A DNA stretch of 64,000 nt from an uncultured Spirochaetales bacterium (GCA_949295675.1 CASFMA010000026.1:9898-73897), one strand, 5' to 3'; counted from the first letter of the stretch, positions 10,657 through 20,806 are shown. The notes: a model not told the origin generated them from the letters alone. Translations and numbers: made by a program.

Positions 10657-11616
10657 CTAGGCAAGCTGCTGCAGCGTTTCCCTCATCTCCTCGAACGTCA
10701 CTGCCTGTCCTATTCCGGCTTTTGCCTTGTTCGCGCCTTTTATCCCCTTTATGTAGGCCATCAGATGTTTCCTCATCTCCCTGCATGCCACATCCTCCCC
10801 ATAGAAAGAGACAGCCAGGGAAAGATGCCAGATTGCGGTATTGATCTTCTCCTCAGCCGAGGGCTCTTCATACCTGCCTTCCCCTATATATTCCTTCGCC
10901 ATGCGGAATATGAAGGGATTTCCTATGGCACCCCTTGCGAACATGACTCCATCAAGACCGTAGTCATTGATCAGCGTGCAGGCATCTTCCGGAGTGAATA
11001 CATCGCCGGAGCCATAGACAAGCACACCGCTTCCACGGAAATGCTCAGAGAGCGTACGGAACGCAGATCTGTCCGCGGTCCCTGAATAGCCCTGGGCCCT
11101 TGTCCTTGCATGCAGCGTGATGAGAGAGGCTCCTGCAGATACGGCTTTCTCTGCGAATTCCAGATAATTGATCGATGAGCTGTCCCAGCCAAGCCTGAAC
11201 TTCACCGATACAGGGATATCAGTGGCTTTCCTTATCACGCTCACTATCCGGCCGATCTCATCTGGATTCTTCATAAGGGCAGAGCCTGCTCCTGTCTTCA
11301 CGACCTTCGGCACAGGACAGCCGCAGTTTATGTCTATCATGGCAGGATTGTGCATAAGCAGCCTTTCCATGCAGCGTCCGACAGGATCGGAGGAGGGCGC
11401 GAATATCTGCATGATGAGCTTGTCCTCTCCTGGATAGCGCTCAAGAAGCTTCTCTGTCTTCTCGCCGCCCCTGGCAAGTCCTTCCGCGCTCACCATCTCC
11501 GTCACCGCTCCGTCAGCCCCCAGCGATCTTGCGACCATCCTGAAAGCTTTGTCCGTATAGCCTGCAAGAGGGGCGAGCATGAAAGGCCCCACGATGTTCC
11601 TTATGTCTTCTCTCAT
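10657..11616 (-). CDS. dusB: tRNA-dihydrouridine synthase
   Basis: MLAPLAGYTDKAFR, catalytic-cysteine region DINCGCPVPKV, and a TIM barrel plus C-terminal helical domain. Confidence 0.8.
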   Translation of the reverse strand: MREDIRNIVGPFMLAPLAGYTDKAFRMVARSLGADGAVTEMVSAEGLARGGEKTEKLLERYPGEDKLIMQIFAPSSDPVGRCMERLLMHNPAMIDINCGCPVPKVVKTGAGSALMKNPDEIGRIVSVIRKATDIPVSVKFRLGWDSSSINYLEFAEKAVSAGASLITLHARTRAQGYSGTADRSAFRTLSEHFRGSGVLVYGSGDVFTPEDACTLINDYGLDGVMFARGAIGNPFIFRMAKEYIGEGRYEEPSAEEKINTAIWHLSLAVSFYGEDVACREMRKHLMAYIKGIKGANKAKAGIGQAVTFEEMRETLQQLA

Positions 11617-11675
11617 GTTCTGGATGGTAGCCTATCTCTTGCTAATTTGCCACCTACGTGTTAGCTTCGGATAGT

Positions 11676-12707
11676 ATGAAGCAGAAGATAGCGGAACAGG
11701 ACGATGATTACGCATATGTATATGTCGTGAAGAATCCTGCGTCAAATGATATTTCACTATGTGCATGGGACAGCGTGCTTTATGGCGGCACTCCTATAAT
11801 GTACGAGACAAGATTCGGGCTCGACCTTGGCATCGTGATAGGTTCTGCCCCGAAGCCTGATTCGGTATATGTTCCGGGCAGCAGCTCCGTGCGTGGCGCC
11901 TGCCTGCATTTCGGAGAGGATGATCAGGATGATATGTATCAGGCAGGTGAGGATGAGCATCAGTGCAATTCCTGCATGCACTGCCAGATAGCGAAAGAGC
12001 CTGAGAGGATGAAGGTTGACGGCGATGTCACCTGGATAGACCATCTCGCAACACCTGCTGAGATGGCAAAGTATGCGGAGAATACCGAAAAGGAAGAGTA
12101 CGCGATAAGGATATGCCGAGAGAAGATAAAGAAGCATGGGCTCGACATGAAGCTTGTCACGACGCATTTCCTCTTAGGAGAGCCTAAGGTCATCTTCTTC
12201 TTCACTGCTGAGCAGCGTGTCGATTTCCGCGAGCTTGTGAAGGATCTTGTCGCTGTATTCCGCATGAGGATAGAGCTGCGCCAGATCGGCGTGCGTGATG
12301 AGTCAAGGCTTATCGGAGGGCTTTCCGTGTGCGGCAGGGATTATTGCTGCCATGCGATGACGCGCGAGATGGATCCTGTGACCATAAAGATGGCCAAGGA
12401 GCAGAATCTCTCACTCAACAGCATGAAGATATCAGGGCCATGCGGCCGCCTCCTTTGCTGCCTGGCATATGAGTATGATTACTACATGGAGGAAAAGGCT
12501 TCATGCCCGCCTGAGGGAACAAGGATAAAGATAGAGCATGAGCTGTGGCGCGTGTCCGAGATAAATATCCTCTCGCATACCATCACGCTGATGGCAAGCG
12601 AGGGCAGGACGCTTACAGTTCCGTCTGCGGAGATCAGCTTCAACAGCGGCACAGGCTACTGGGAGCTTTCTGAAGAGTATCAGGAGGACCTCTTCTCTGC
12701 AGAGTAA
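11676..12707 (+). CDS. PSP1 domain protein (YaaT/RicT-like)
   Basis: Conserved Cys-rich PSP1 region: SVCGRDYCCHAM and CGRLLCCLAYE. I prefer the ATG at 11676 over the GTG at 11658. Confidence 0.7.
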   Translation: MKQKIAEQDDDYAYVYVVKNPASNDISLCAWDSVLYGGTPIMYETRFGLDLGIVIGSAPKPDSVYVPGSSSVRGACLHFGEDDQDDMYQAGEDEHQCNSCMHCQIAKEPERMKVDGDVTWIDHLATPAEMAKYAENTEKEEYAIRICREKIKKHGLDMKLVTTHFLLGEPKVIFFFTAEQRVDFRELVKDLVAVFRMRIELRQIGVRDESRLIGGLSVCGRDYCCHAMTREMDPVTIKMAKEQNLSLNSMKISGPCGRLLCCLAYEYDYYMEEKASCPPEGTRIKIEHELWRVSEINILSHTITLMASEGRTLTVPSAEISFNSGTGYWELSEEYQEDLFSAE

Positions 12708-12731
12708 TCATCTGCCAGCTGCCTATTTCTG

Positions 12732-12760
12732 TTACTTTCCACTTTCTTTCATGGTAGAAT
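12732..12760 (+). promoter_or_regulatory. Candidate extended -10 promoter for the two-component operon
   Basis: TTACTT(12732-37)-N17-TAGAAT(12755-60), with TGG immediately upstream of the -10 hexamer. Confidence 0.4.
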
Positions 12761-12803
12761 GTCTGAAGAAAGCAGTCATGCTGATTGAAGGATCTGGAAG
12801 GCT

Positions 12804-13547
12804 ATGTTCACTATCGCTATCTGTGATGACCAGGATGGACAGCTGGAGCTGGTAAAGGAAGCATTGCGGAGATATTCCGCAGCTTCTGACAATATATCAT
12901 TCGAAGTCCGCTCATTCTCCGATCCCGCAGCATTCCTTTCTGAGCTGAGAAGGACAGGAGGGTGGGATATAGTGATCCTGGATGTCTGCATGCCAGGCTT
13001 TTCCGGTACGGATCTGGCCAGGGAAATCAGGGAGCGACATGACAGGACCGAGATAATCTTCGTATCTTTTTCCAGGGATTATGCAGTCGATGCCTTTTCC
13101 GTCAACGCCTCTCATTACCTTGTGAAGCCATTCACCCAGGAAGAGTTCTCGGAAGCCATGGACAGGGCAGTATCTGCATTCCTTTCAGCGAAGAGATGCA
13201 AGATTCCCATCCAGATAGGCAATGGCGCTGTGAGATCGCTGGACATCAACGACATAATCTACATCGAGAGCGTTGCGTATCATCGCGTCGTGCATACGGC
13301 GTCCGATACATATGAGGAGTCACGCATGACGCTTTCAAAGTTCGAGGAGACGCTTGACTCCCTCTCTCCCGGGCAGTTCATACAGCCTTATCGCGGATAT
13401 ATAGTGAACCTGGATGCAGTGAAGACTATAACCACAAGCCGCATCATCCTGCAGAATGGAGATGCGATAATCATAAAGCGCGGGGATTTCAGGAGGCTTC
13501 GCGAGCTTTTCTTCAAGTGGTCATTCAGGAACAGGGACTCTGTATGA
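12804..13547 (+). CDS. LytTR-family response regulator
   Basis: Receiver domain (ICDDQ, DIVILDVCMPGFSG) plus a C-terminal LytTR DNA-binding domain (IIYIESVAYHRVVHT). Confidence 0.85.
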   Translation: MFTIAICDDQDGQLELVKEALRRYSAASDNISFEVRSFSDPAAFLSELRRTGGWDIVILDVCMPGFSGTDLAREIRERHDRTEIIFVSFSRDYAVDAFSVNASHYLVKPFTQEEFSEAMDRAVSAFLSAKRCKIPIQIGNGAVRSLDINDIIYIESVAYHRVVHTASDTYEESRMTLSKFEETLDSLSPGQFIQPYRGYIVNLDAVKTITTSRIILQNGDAIIIKRGDFRRLRELFFKWSFRNRDSV

Positions 13548-14797
13548 TCCTGCAGTTCTGCCTCATGACATACCTGCTTATGGCCTGCCATGCCATGACG
13601 CTTTATCTCATGTCCGATGTCAAGCCGATGTTCAGGCATCCTGCTGCGCTGTATGTCTCCTTCTTTGCATTATCATGCTCTGTGCTTACAGCTGTTGCAG
13701 TGGCATATGACGGAGACAATACCCTTGGTGTGCTGTTTGCGATCTCCATAGGGCTGCATTGCGTGTTCTTTCTCTCTGTCACAGATGGAATGATTCTTAA
13801 GAATATCTTCCTGTTCATGGTTTATTCGACATATTTCATACTTGCTGTCGGATGGTCCCAGTACATCTCTGCAGTGCTCTTCGATGGTTCGTATATGGCG
13901 ACATTCATCATTCGCAGCATCCTTTCCATCTCTTATATCATCCTCCTTGCGGCAAGGCTCCGGAATTATCTGATAGCTTTCACGGAAGATGTTGATTCAG
14001 GCTGGGGACCTATCTGCACATTCTCGTCTGTCTCCTGCATCCTTGTATCATATGAGGTGATGTACAGCCCGGAAGAGATGGGGCTGGTCCAGCTTCTGAC
14101 GATATCCGTGATCATCACATCGGCGTTCATCGTGGGCTTCCAGACGATCATGCACCTTTATGAAGAGGGAAGGCTGCAGGAGATGGAGACGAGGAAGGAC
14201 CTGCTGATCCAGGAGCTTGAGAGCGAGAACGAGGCGATGGAGTATGCAAGGAGGCTCAGGCATGATATCAGGCATCATAATGCAGTGATGCTCGAGTATC
14301 TTGAAGACGGTGATGTCCAGGGTGCCAAGGAGTATCTTGATACATTCTCATCAAAGGCCGAAAGCTGTCCGCTGCCTAGGTGCTGGTGCGAGAACAAGGC
14401 TGCCAATGCCGTGATCAGGGCAGCCGCAAGGAGAAGCGCAGCATCTGGCGTAAGCTTTGCATTTGAAGGGAGCATTCCGGTCCATCTTCCCCTCAGCGAG
14501 CCTGAGATCGCATGCGTGCTCGGCAATGTGCTTGAGAATGCCGTGCATGCAGCAGAAGGCATCAGATCCGGATCTGTTTCGATACGCTCGATCGATAAAG
14601 GCAATGCGCTCTTCCTGGAGGTAAGCAATACATCAAAAGGCCCTGTGCCATTTGCAGATGGCCTGCCTCGTTCAGGAAGGGCCGGCGGAGGGCTTGGGCT
14701 GAGGAATGTACGCTCAATTCTCGACAGTCACGGCGCAATGATCCGCTTCACCCAGGACGATGATGTGTTCGTGGCGCAGCTGGTTATACCTATGTGA
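13544..14797 (+). CDS. AgrC/LytS-like GHKL sensor histidine kinase (polytopic)
   Basis: About 6 TM segments, H box RRLRHDIRHHN, N box LGNVLENAVHAA and G box GGGLGLRNV. The start overlaps the regulator stop as ATGA. Confidence 0.8.
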   Translation: MILQFCLMTYLLMACHAMTLYLMSDVKPMFRHPAALYVSFFALSCSVLTAVAVAYDGDNTLGVLFAISIGLHCVFFLSVTDGMILKNIFLFMVYSTYFILAVGWSQYISAVLFDGSYMATFIIRSILSISYIILLAARLRNYLIAFTEDVDSGWGPICTFSSVSCILVSYEVMYSPEEMGLVQLLTISVIITSAFIVGFQTIMHLYEEGRLQEMETRKDLLIQELESENEAMEYARRLRHDIRHHNAVMLEYLEDGDVQGAKEYLDTFSSKAESCPLPRCWCENKAANAVIRAAARRSAASGVSFAFEGSIPVHLPLSEPEIACVLGNVLENAVHAAEGIRSGSVSIRSIDKGNALFLEVSNTSKGPVPFADGLPRSGRAGGGLGLRNVRSILDSHGAMIRFTQDDDVFVAQLVIPM

Positions 14798-14834
14798 ATT
14801 TGATTGCGCCGATAAAACATTGCATGGCAAAGTG

Positions 14835-14863
14835 TTGACTACAAATTCTCTTTATGATAAGTT
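14835..14863 (+). promoter_or_regulatory. Candidate promoter for rpsT-hbb
   Basis: TTGACT(14835-40)-N17-TAAGTT(14858-63), about 75 nt upstream of rpsT. Confidence 0.3.
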
Positions 14864-14937
14864 CTTTAATCGCTGTCATACCACGACAGCTGTTTGATTA
14901 TAATAACTTCATTTAATGGAAATGTTTGGAGGAATAA

Positions 14938-15198
14938 ATGTCTAATCAGTCCGCAAAGAAGAGAGAGCGTCAGGAGGCAAAGCGCCGTCTTCGCAACCGC
15001 GCAGCAAAAAGCACGATGCGTACAGCGATCAAGAAGTTCAACGCTGCAGTTGCAGCAGGAGACAAGGCAGAGGCCGAGAAGGCAATGGCTCTCAGCTGCA
15101 AGCTTCTTGATAAGGTTTCAGGAAAAGGCATCATTCATAGAAACACAGCTGCAAGGAAGAAGAGCAGGCTCGCACACGCATATAACAAGATGGTCTGA
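14938..15198 (+). CDS. rpsT: 30S ribosomal protein S20
   Basis: SAKKRERQEAKRRLRNRAAKS; 86 aa and basic; GGAGG RBS. Confidence 0.95.
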   Translation: MSNQSAKKRERQEAKRRLRNRAAKSTMRTAIKKFNAAVAAGDKAEAEKAMALSCKLLDKVSGKGIIHRNTAARKKSRLAHAYNKMV

Positions 15199-15224
15199 TT
15201 GATCTATCTTTTCGGGAGTTTACC

Positions 15225-15542
15225 ATGGATCAGAAACTGACAAAGGCCGCTATCATTGAGAATATCCATCAGAAGCTTGGCCTTAATCGTACGGATATCC
15301 ACCAGGTCATAGATGAGCTTTTCGAAGAGATCAAGGACGGACTTAAGGATAATCGTGTGATAGAACTCCGTGGATTCGGGACATTTGAAGTCCGTATCAG
15401 AAAGGGCAGGGAGAAGGCCCGTAACCCGAAGACCGGTGATGTGGTGTCTGTCGATAGGCATGGCGTTGCTCTGTTCAGGGCAGGCAAGGAACTGAAGGAC
15501 TTTGTCTGGGATATCACCACGGATAGCAAGGACGAGGTATAA
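15225..15542 (+). CDS. hbb: HU/IHF-family DNA-binding protein, spirochaete Hbb-like
   Basis: ELRGFGTFEVRIRKGREKARNPKTGD..FRAGKELKDFVW closely parallels my recollection of Borrelia Hbb. Its position next to rpsT matches Borrelia. Confidence 0.8.
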   Translation: MDQKLTKAAIIENIHQKLGLNRTDIHQVIDELFEEIKDGLKDNRVIELRGFGTFEVRIRKGREKARNPKTGDVVSVDRHGVALFRAGKELKDFVWDITTDSKDEV

Positions 15543-15547
15543 CAGCC

Positions 15548-17224
15548 TTGGAAGAAAGAATTCTGAATTTCCCTCAGCGAAGAAGCCTCAGGACGTTATG
15601 TTCTGAGGTTATTGCTTTGCTTTTCTCGGCTTTTTCCCTTTCGATCGCATCCCCAGGCTTCATGTCTGAGAAGGGAATCTGGATAATCGCATTCCTGGCG
15701 CTTATCCCGGTGTTCGCCGTTGTCAGGAACGCCACATGGAAGGTTGTCTGGGGCTATGGCTTCCTGTTCGGCTTCGTATACTATATTTTCTTCGCATACT
15801 GGCTGAAGGGATTCCATGCGCTTGCAATACTGCTCATACCGATAATCAATGGTCTGGAGACCATGCTGCTGTTCCTCGCCCTGAAGGGGGCAGATACGTT
15901 CTTCAGACGGCATGGATGGTTCGTGCAGGGGATTATCTGGGTAGCCTATGAATACCTTTCCGAGAGCTGGTTCGCGGGCTTCCCGTATGGGAATATCGCA
16001 TACGCATTCTATCGCGCGCCGCTTCTGACGCAGATTGCTGATGTGACAGGCATATGGGGCATTGCGTTCCTTGCTGTCGTCCCGCAGGCTTTTCTTGGCC
16101 GCTACCTGATTGATTATATCAACATGAAGGCCCCTTCATTCCTCTCTTATCTCAGGAAGAACGCAGTCCTTGCTGCCGTGTGGGCTGCCCTCATGCTCAT
16201 CACGCTTGCTTATGGTGCCATCAAGGTAAGCGAATGGAGGAACAAGGAACCTGACAGGGTATGGGATGTCGTGGCAGTCCAGCACAACCATGATTCATGG
16301 CAGGGCGGATACATGACTTATCTTCATAACTTCAATAACCTCCGCCGCCTTACGCTTGAGGCCCTTGCCGCAACTGATCCTGATATCGTGATATGGAGCG
16401 AGACAGCATTTGTCCCATCTGTTGCATGGCATACCAAGTATTCAGTTGCAGGATCTGGCTATGAGACCACTGCAAGGCTTGTCGATGAGTTCGTTGCTTT
16501 CGGATCAAACCTTGAAGTCCCGCTTGTGACAGGAAACCCGGAAGGCGTGATAAAGGACCCGTCACTCCCTCCGATCCTTGAGGATGGCTCCACGAACAGG
16601 ACAGATTACAATACAGTCATCCTCTTTGATGATGGTGAGATCAAGGAGACATACCGCAAGCAGCATCTTGTGCCTTTCACTGAGTATTTCCCGTATGAGA
16701 AGGAGCTTCCATGGCTTTACAACCTTCTTCTTGCTAATGACTACAACTGGTGGGAGCAGGGGGATGAGCCTGTCGTATTCGAGACTGACGGGGTGAAGTT
16801 CTCGACTCCTATCTGCTTTGAGGATACATTTGCGGACATAAGCGCAGACTTCGTCGCGAATGGCGCTGATGTGATACTCAATATGTCCAATGACAACTGG
16901 TCAAAGAGAGTTCCTGCAGAGATGCAGCATGCTGCGATGGCATCGTTCAGAAGCATCGAGACAAGGAAGTCCACGATAAGGGGAACCAATAGCGGAATCA
17001 CCTGCCTGATAACCCCAGATGGTACTATGCACGATGAGATGACGCCGTTTGCGATGGGCTGGAAGCTCTACAATGTCCCTGTATACACTCATGAGAGCAA
17101 TCCTGATACATTCTTCGTGCAGCATCCAAATCTGTTCGCTCATATCGCCGTATACGCGTCGGCAGCGCTTCTTGTCTTGGGTGCCGTGATCAGGCTTGCC
17201 GAGAAGATGAGGAAAAGCAAGTGA
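15548..17224 (+). CDS. lnt: Apolipoprotein N-acyltransferase
   Basis: Polytopic N-terminal half plus a CN-hydrolase domain with the E/K/C triad contexts VIWSETAF, YRKQHLVPFTEY and FSTPICFEDTF. The TTG start at 15548 is needed to include the first TM segment. Confidence 0.85.
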   Translation: MEERILNFPQRRSLRTLCSEVIALLFSAFSLSIASPGFMSEKGIWIIAFLALIPVFAVVRNATWKVVWGYGFLFGFVYYIFFAYWLKGFHALAILLIPIINGLETMLLFLALKGADTFFRRHGWFVQGIIWVAYEYLSESWFAGFPYGNIAYAFYRAPLLTQIADVTGIWGIAFLAVVPQAFLGRYLIDYINMKAPSFLSYLRKNAVLAAVWAALMLITLAYGAIKVSEWRNKEPDRVWDVVAVQHNHDSWQGGYMTYLHNFNNLRRLTLEALAATDPDIVIWSETAFVPSVAWHTKYSVAGSGYETTARLVDEFVAFGSNLEVPLVTGNPEGVIKDPSLPPILEDGSTNRTDYNTVILFDDGEIKETYRKQHLVPFTEYFPYEKELPWLYNLLLANDYNWWEQGDEPVVFETDGVKFSTPICFEDTFADISADFVANGADVILNMSNDNWSKRVPAEMQHAAMASFRSIETRKSTIRGTNSGITCLITPDGTMHDEMTPFAMGWKLYNVPVYTHESNPDTFFVQHPNLFAHIAVYASAALLVLGAVIRLAEKMRKSK

Positions 17225-18459
17225 AAGCCAGCTTCATAATAATCGGCACAGAGCTTACGCGTGGCATAATCCAGGATAGCCATGGCTCCCTTCTTTCCAG
17301 GGAGCTTTCGCATCTGGGCATACATGTATCCGAGATCGTTATAGTCCCGGATGACGGAAGCATTGAGAAGATCCTTGAGGCATTGATGCGGAACAGCGAT
17401 GTCGTGATCATCACAGGTGGTCTCGGCCCGACCTCCGATGATATGACCCGGCCTGTGATAGCCGAAGCTGCAGGGGTGAAGCTGGTTCGCAGCGATGAGG
17501 CATGGACATTCCTTCTTTCCAGGCTGGGAGACAAGGCCTATGGCGCAAATGAGCGCCAGGCCATGATACCTGAGGGATTCTCGATAATAGAGAACAGGAA
17601 CGGCACTGCTCCTGGGTTCTATGGCTATGGAAATGGCACATTGCTCATCTCGCTTCCCGGACCGCCTCGTGAGATGACCCCGATGCTCTATGAGAGCGTG
17701 CTTCCTCTTCTTCGCCAGAAGCTTGACCTTGCCGAGGATGCAAGGGATGAATATACGTCATTCATCACAGCAGAGGCAAAGCTTGAGGAGCTTTGCAATG
17801 AGGCTGACAGTTCGCTTTGCTGGGGGACAAGGTTCCAGGATTACAAGATATCGCTGTATGTATCAGGGAAGAGCCGTGAAGAGCGGGACAAGGCTATAAG
17901 GCTCCTTCAGTCCAAGGTCGGTTCCCTGCGTCTTGCAGAAGGCGATGTCGATGCGCTTTCTCTGGCCATTGATGCACTGAAAAGCCATGGTGCGACGATA
18001 TCCGTGGCAGAAAGCTGTACAGGAGGGCTGCTATCGATGCTTCTTACAGAACGTGCAGGAGCTTCCGCGTATATGCTCGGTTCCGTAACGGGCTATGCTC
18101 CTCAGGTGAAGCGTGATGTCCTCTCTGTAAGCGGAAAGGTGATAGAGGAGAATGGGACTGTCTCATATGAATGCGCGTCTGGGATGGCTGATGGAGTAAG
18201 GAAGCTTACAGGTTCAGATTACTCAATATCAGTGACAGGTGTCGCAGGCCCTGACAAGGATGAGGGAAAGGATGTCGGTACTGTTTATATAGGCTTTTCC
18301 GGAAAGGACAGGGCCACTGTATCCATCCTGTTCAGATTCTCCTCATGGGGCAGGGCATCGATAAGGCGCAAGGCTGCGGTTGCTGCGCTTCTTCTGCTTC
18401 CTTCCTTCATAGAGGGGAAGGATATAAGGCAGATTGCGGATACCTGGGATTATATCTGA
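17221..18459 (+). CDS. cinA: CinA-family protein (MoCF-binding domain plus PncC-like nicotinamide-nucleotide amidase domain)
   Basis: IIIGTELTRGIIQDSHG at the N-terminus and SVAESCTGGLLS in the C-terminal domain. The GTG start overlaps the lnt stop (GTGA). Confidence 0.85.
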   Translation: MKASFIIIGTELTRGIIQDSHGSLLSRELSHLGIHVSEIVIVPDDGSIEKILEALMRNSDVVIITGGLGPTSDDMTRPVIAEAAGVKLVRSDEAWTFLLSRLGDKAYGANERQAMIPEGFSIIENRNGTAPGFYGYGNGTLLISLPGPPREMTPMLYESVLPLLRQKLDLAEDARDEYTSFITAEAKLEELCNEADSSLCWGTRFQDYKISLYVSGKSREERDKAIRLLQSKVGSLRLAEGDVDALSLAIDALKSHGATISVAESCTGGLLSMLLTERAGASAYMLGSVTGYAPQVKRDVLSVSGKVIEENGTVSYECASGMADGVRKLTGSDYSISVTGVAGPDKDEGKDVGTVYIGFSGKDRATVSILFRFSSWGRASIRRKAAVAALLLLPSFIEGKDIRQIADTWDYI

Positions 18460-18468
18460 TACCTAGAG

Positions 18469-18495
18469 TGCCTGCCATTGTTTATGTGGCAGGCA
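18469..18495 (+). terminator. Hairpin after cinA, within the rho leader
   Basis: Perfect 9-bp stem TGCCTGCCA / TGGCAGGCA with a 9-nt loop. The following sequence (TAATTCCC) is a poor U tract. Confidence 0.4.
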
Positions 18496-18631
18496 TAATT
18501 CCCAATAGGCTAAAGAATTTCATGGCAGGCGTTGACTTGCATCCCTGTTGGTAATAATATGCAGGTATTATGAATTTGGCCCAGGATGGGCTTTTCCAAG
18601 AAACAAACCTACTCAAAATCTGGAGCAATTG

Positions 18632-20473
18632 ATGTCAGATTACATTGATGAGAACGATGGTGTGCCATCTGTGCCCGCTGTCGAAGAATCTGTAGAGCAG
18701 CCAGCTGCCAAGCCACATAGGGGCAGAAAGCCTAAGGCTGCATCGGAAAATAGTGCAAAGCGTAAGATAACGATAAAGAAACGCACACGTGTGACTGTCC
18801 GCAAGCCAAAGGATGAAGCTGCAGCAGAAGATGTCTCTTCCGCTGATATAGCCGATACATCCGATGCTGTGGCAGAGAACGGTGCGGAGCTGGATGCCCA
18901 GATTGCAGCACCGACTGATGATCCTGCAGCGGCTGATGTCCAGACTCAGCCTGAACATGAGCAGATCATACCTGACGATATGGTTCCCGGTGCTGTCGAT
19001 GGGCCTTCAGAGGCTGCGGATGCGGAAGAGGGTGCCGATGGGGACGCGAAGCCTTTCGCGAATGAGAAGGGGGAGAAGGATTTCAGGCCGCATCGTGACA
19101 AGAGAATGAAGAACGGCAAGAACAGAAGGCCTGTCGAGGAACTGCCGCCTGAGATAAATATCGACGAGCATCCAGATGCCCCGCGCCTTTATATCTCAGT
19201 GCTTACAGCTCTTCATCTTGACCAGCTCAGGGACAGGGCGAGGGAAGTCGGCATCCCTGAGGATGTGATCCTTGACTGCCGCAAGCAGGATCTTATAGCA
19301 AAGATGCTCCGCCTTCACTCTGCATCCGGCGGTGCGCTTTTCGTGGAAGGCGTTCTTGAGGTATTGCAGGATGGAAGCTTCGGCTATGTCCGCTATGCTG
19401 TCAATAACTATCTTGCCGGGACAGAGGATGTCTATATATCGGCATCCATAATCAAGGCTGTAGGCCTCAAGACTGGTGATTTCATCTTCGGCCAGATAAG
19501 GGCCCCGAGGGAAGGTGAGAAGAGCGCTGCTGTTATCAGGGTGCTGAAGGTCAACGGTGAGGAGCCGAAGATGGCGAAAGTGCGCGCTCCTTTCGATTCG
19601 CTCACTCCTATCTTCCCTGATGAGCGCCTGAAGCTTGAGACAATTCTTGACAGCTCTGCGTCAACAGATCTCTCTACGCGTGTGGTTGATCTTTTCTGCC
19701 CGATCGGAAAGGGACAGCGTTCCCTGATAGTAGCTCCGCCAAGGACCGGAAAGACTGTGCTGATGCAGAAGATCGCCAATGCGATAACAGCCAACCATCC
19801 AGAGGTCACTCTCATTGTGCTTCTTGTTGATGAGAGGCCTGAAGAGGTCACCGATATGTCCCGCAACGTGAAGGGCGAGGTCATAGCAAGCACTTTCGAT
19901 GAGCAGGCCCAGCATCATGTGCAGGTCGCCGAGATGGTGATAGAGAGGGCAAAGCGCCTTGTCGAGTACAAGAAGGATGTCGTCATACTCCTTGATTCAA
20001 TAACAAGGCTCGCAAGGGCATATAACCAGACTGTCCCTGCGTCTGGCAAGATACTTTCAGGAGGTGTTGACTCTAATGCCCTCCATAAGCCTAAGAGATT
20101 CTTCGGAGCTGCCAGGAATATCGAGGAAGGCGGTTCCCTCACTATAATCTCGACAGCCTTGATCGAGACAGGTTCCAGGATGGATGAAGTCATATTCGAG
20201 GAGTTCAAGGGAACTGGAAACAATGAGATCATCCTTGACAGGAAGATGGCTGATAACAGGCGCTTCCCAGCTATAAACATCAAGAAGTCTGGCACAAGAA
20301 GGGATGATCTGCTGCTTTCGGAGGATGTAAGGTCACGTGTATACCTTCTTCGCACGGCTTTCGGCAATCTTGATGATATGGATATGTCTGTCAGCATAAT
20401 TGACAAGATGCGGAAAACAAACAACAATAAGGAGTTCCTTGAGTCGATGAATGCACCGGCCAGGATGGTTTGA
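18632..20473 (+). CDS. rho: Transcription termination factor Rho with a ~200-aa N-terminal low-complexity extension
   Basis: Walker A region [20 protein letters not shown], plus [10 protein letters not shown] and [13 protein letters not shown]. The Rho_N-like helix [23 protein letters not shown] begins only at about residue 205. I chose the ATG at 18632, which has a TGGAG RBS. Confidence 0.9.
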   Translation: MSDYIDENDGVPSVPAVEESVEQPAAKPHRGRKPKAASENSAKRKITIKKRTRVTVRKPKDEAAAEDVSSADIADTSDAVAENGAELDAQIAAPTDDPAAADVQTQPEHEQIIPDDMVPGAVDGPSEAADAEEGADGDAKPFANEKGEKDFRPHRDKRMKNGKNRRPVEELPPEINIDEHPDAPRLYISVLTALHLDQLRDRAREVGIPEDVILDCRKQDLIAKMLRLHSASGGALFVEGVLEVLQDGSFGYVRYAVNNYLAGTEDVYISASIIKAVGLKTGDFIFGQIRAPREGEKSAAVIRVLKVNGEEPKMAKVRAPFDSLTPIFPDERLKLETILDSSASTDLSTRVVDLFCPIGKGQRSLIVAPPRTGKTVLMQKIANAITANHPEVTLIVLLVDERPEEVTDMSRNVKGEVIASTFDEQAQHHVQVAEMVIERAKRLVEYKKDVVILLDSITRLARAYNQTVPASGKILSGGVDSNALHKPKRFFGAARNIEEGGSLTIISTALIETGSRMDEVIFEEFKGTGNNEIILDRKMADNRRFPAINIKKSGTRRDDLLLSEDVRSRVYLLRTAFGNLDDMDMSVSIIDKMRKTNNNKEFLESMNAPARMV

Positions 20474-20525
20474 AATCCCTTGCCTGTGAAAGCAGGCGAT
20501 ATTACATAGTTCGGAGGAAAGAGAG

Positions 20526-20735
20526 ATGAAGAAGAATATCCACCCTGAGTACACCCTTCAGGAAATCCATTGCTCATGCGGCAATGTGATCAAGACAAAG
20601 TCAACAGCAAAGAACCTGCACGTTGAAATCTGTTCAGCATGCCATCCGTTCTTCACAGGCACACAGAAGCTTGTTGATACGACTGGACGTGTTGAGCGCT
20701 TCAACAAGAGATATCACAGGGACTCTGCAAACTGA
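20526..20735 (+). CDS. rpmE: 50S ribosomal protein L31 (Zn-binding type)
   Basis: MKKNIHPEY, with the [13 protein letters not shown] cysteine pairs. Confidence 0.95.
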   Translation: MKKNIHPEYTLQEIHCSCGNVIKTKSTAKNLHVEICSACHPFFTGTQKLVDTTGRVERFNKRYHRDSAN

Positions 20736-20806
20736 GGCCCGCAGCAGGGCCGATGGAATGAAGGGGAAATCCCGGTGTACCATCGGTCATTGCCACGATA
20801 CATGCG

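Noticed and set aside
12759-12788. 9-codon mini-ORF (MSEESSHAD) upstream of the LytTR regulator, considered as a possible signalling-peptide gene
   Set aside because: It is too short and acidic for an AgrD-type precursor. It has no RBS and probably overlaps the predicted transcription start.
20481-20500. Short hairpin TTGCCTG-TGAAAG-CAGGCGA between rho and rpmE
   Set aside because: It has only about 7 bp including a wobble pair, and no U tract. It is not convincing as a terminator.
19915-20577. 220-aa minus-strand ORF
   Set aside because: It is antisense to the conserved rho ATPase domain and to the rpmE start, so it is a shadow ORF.
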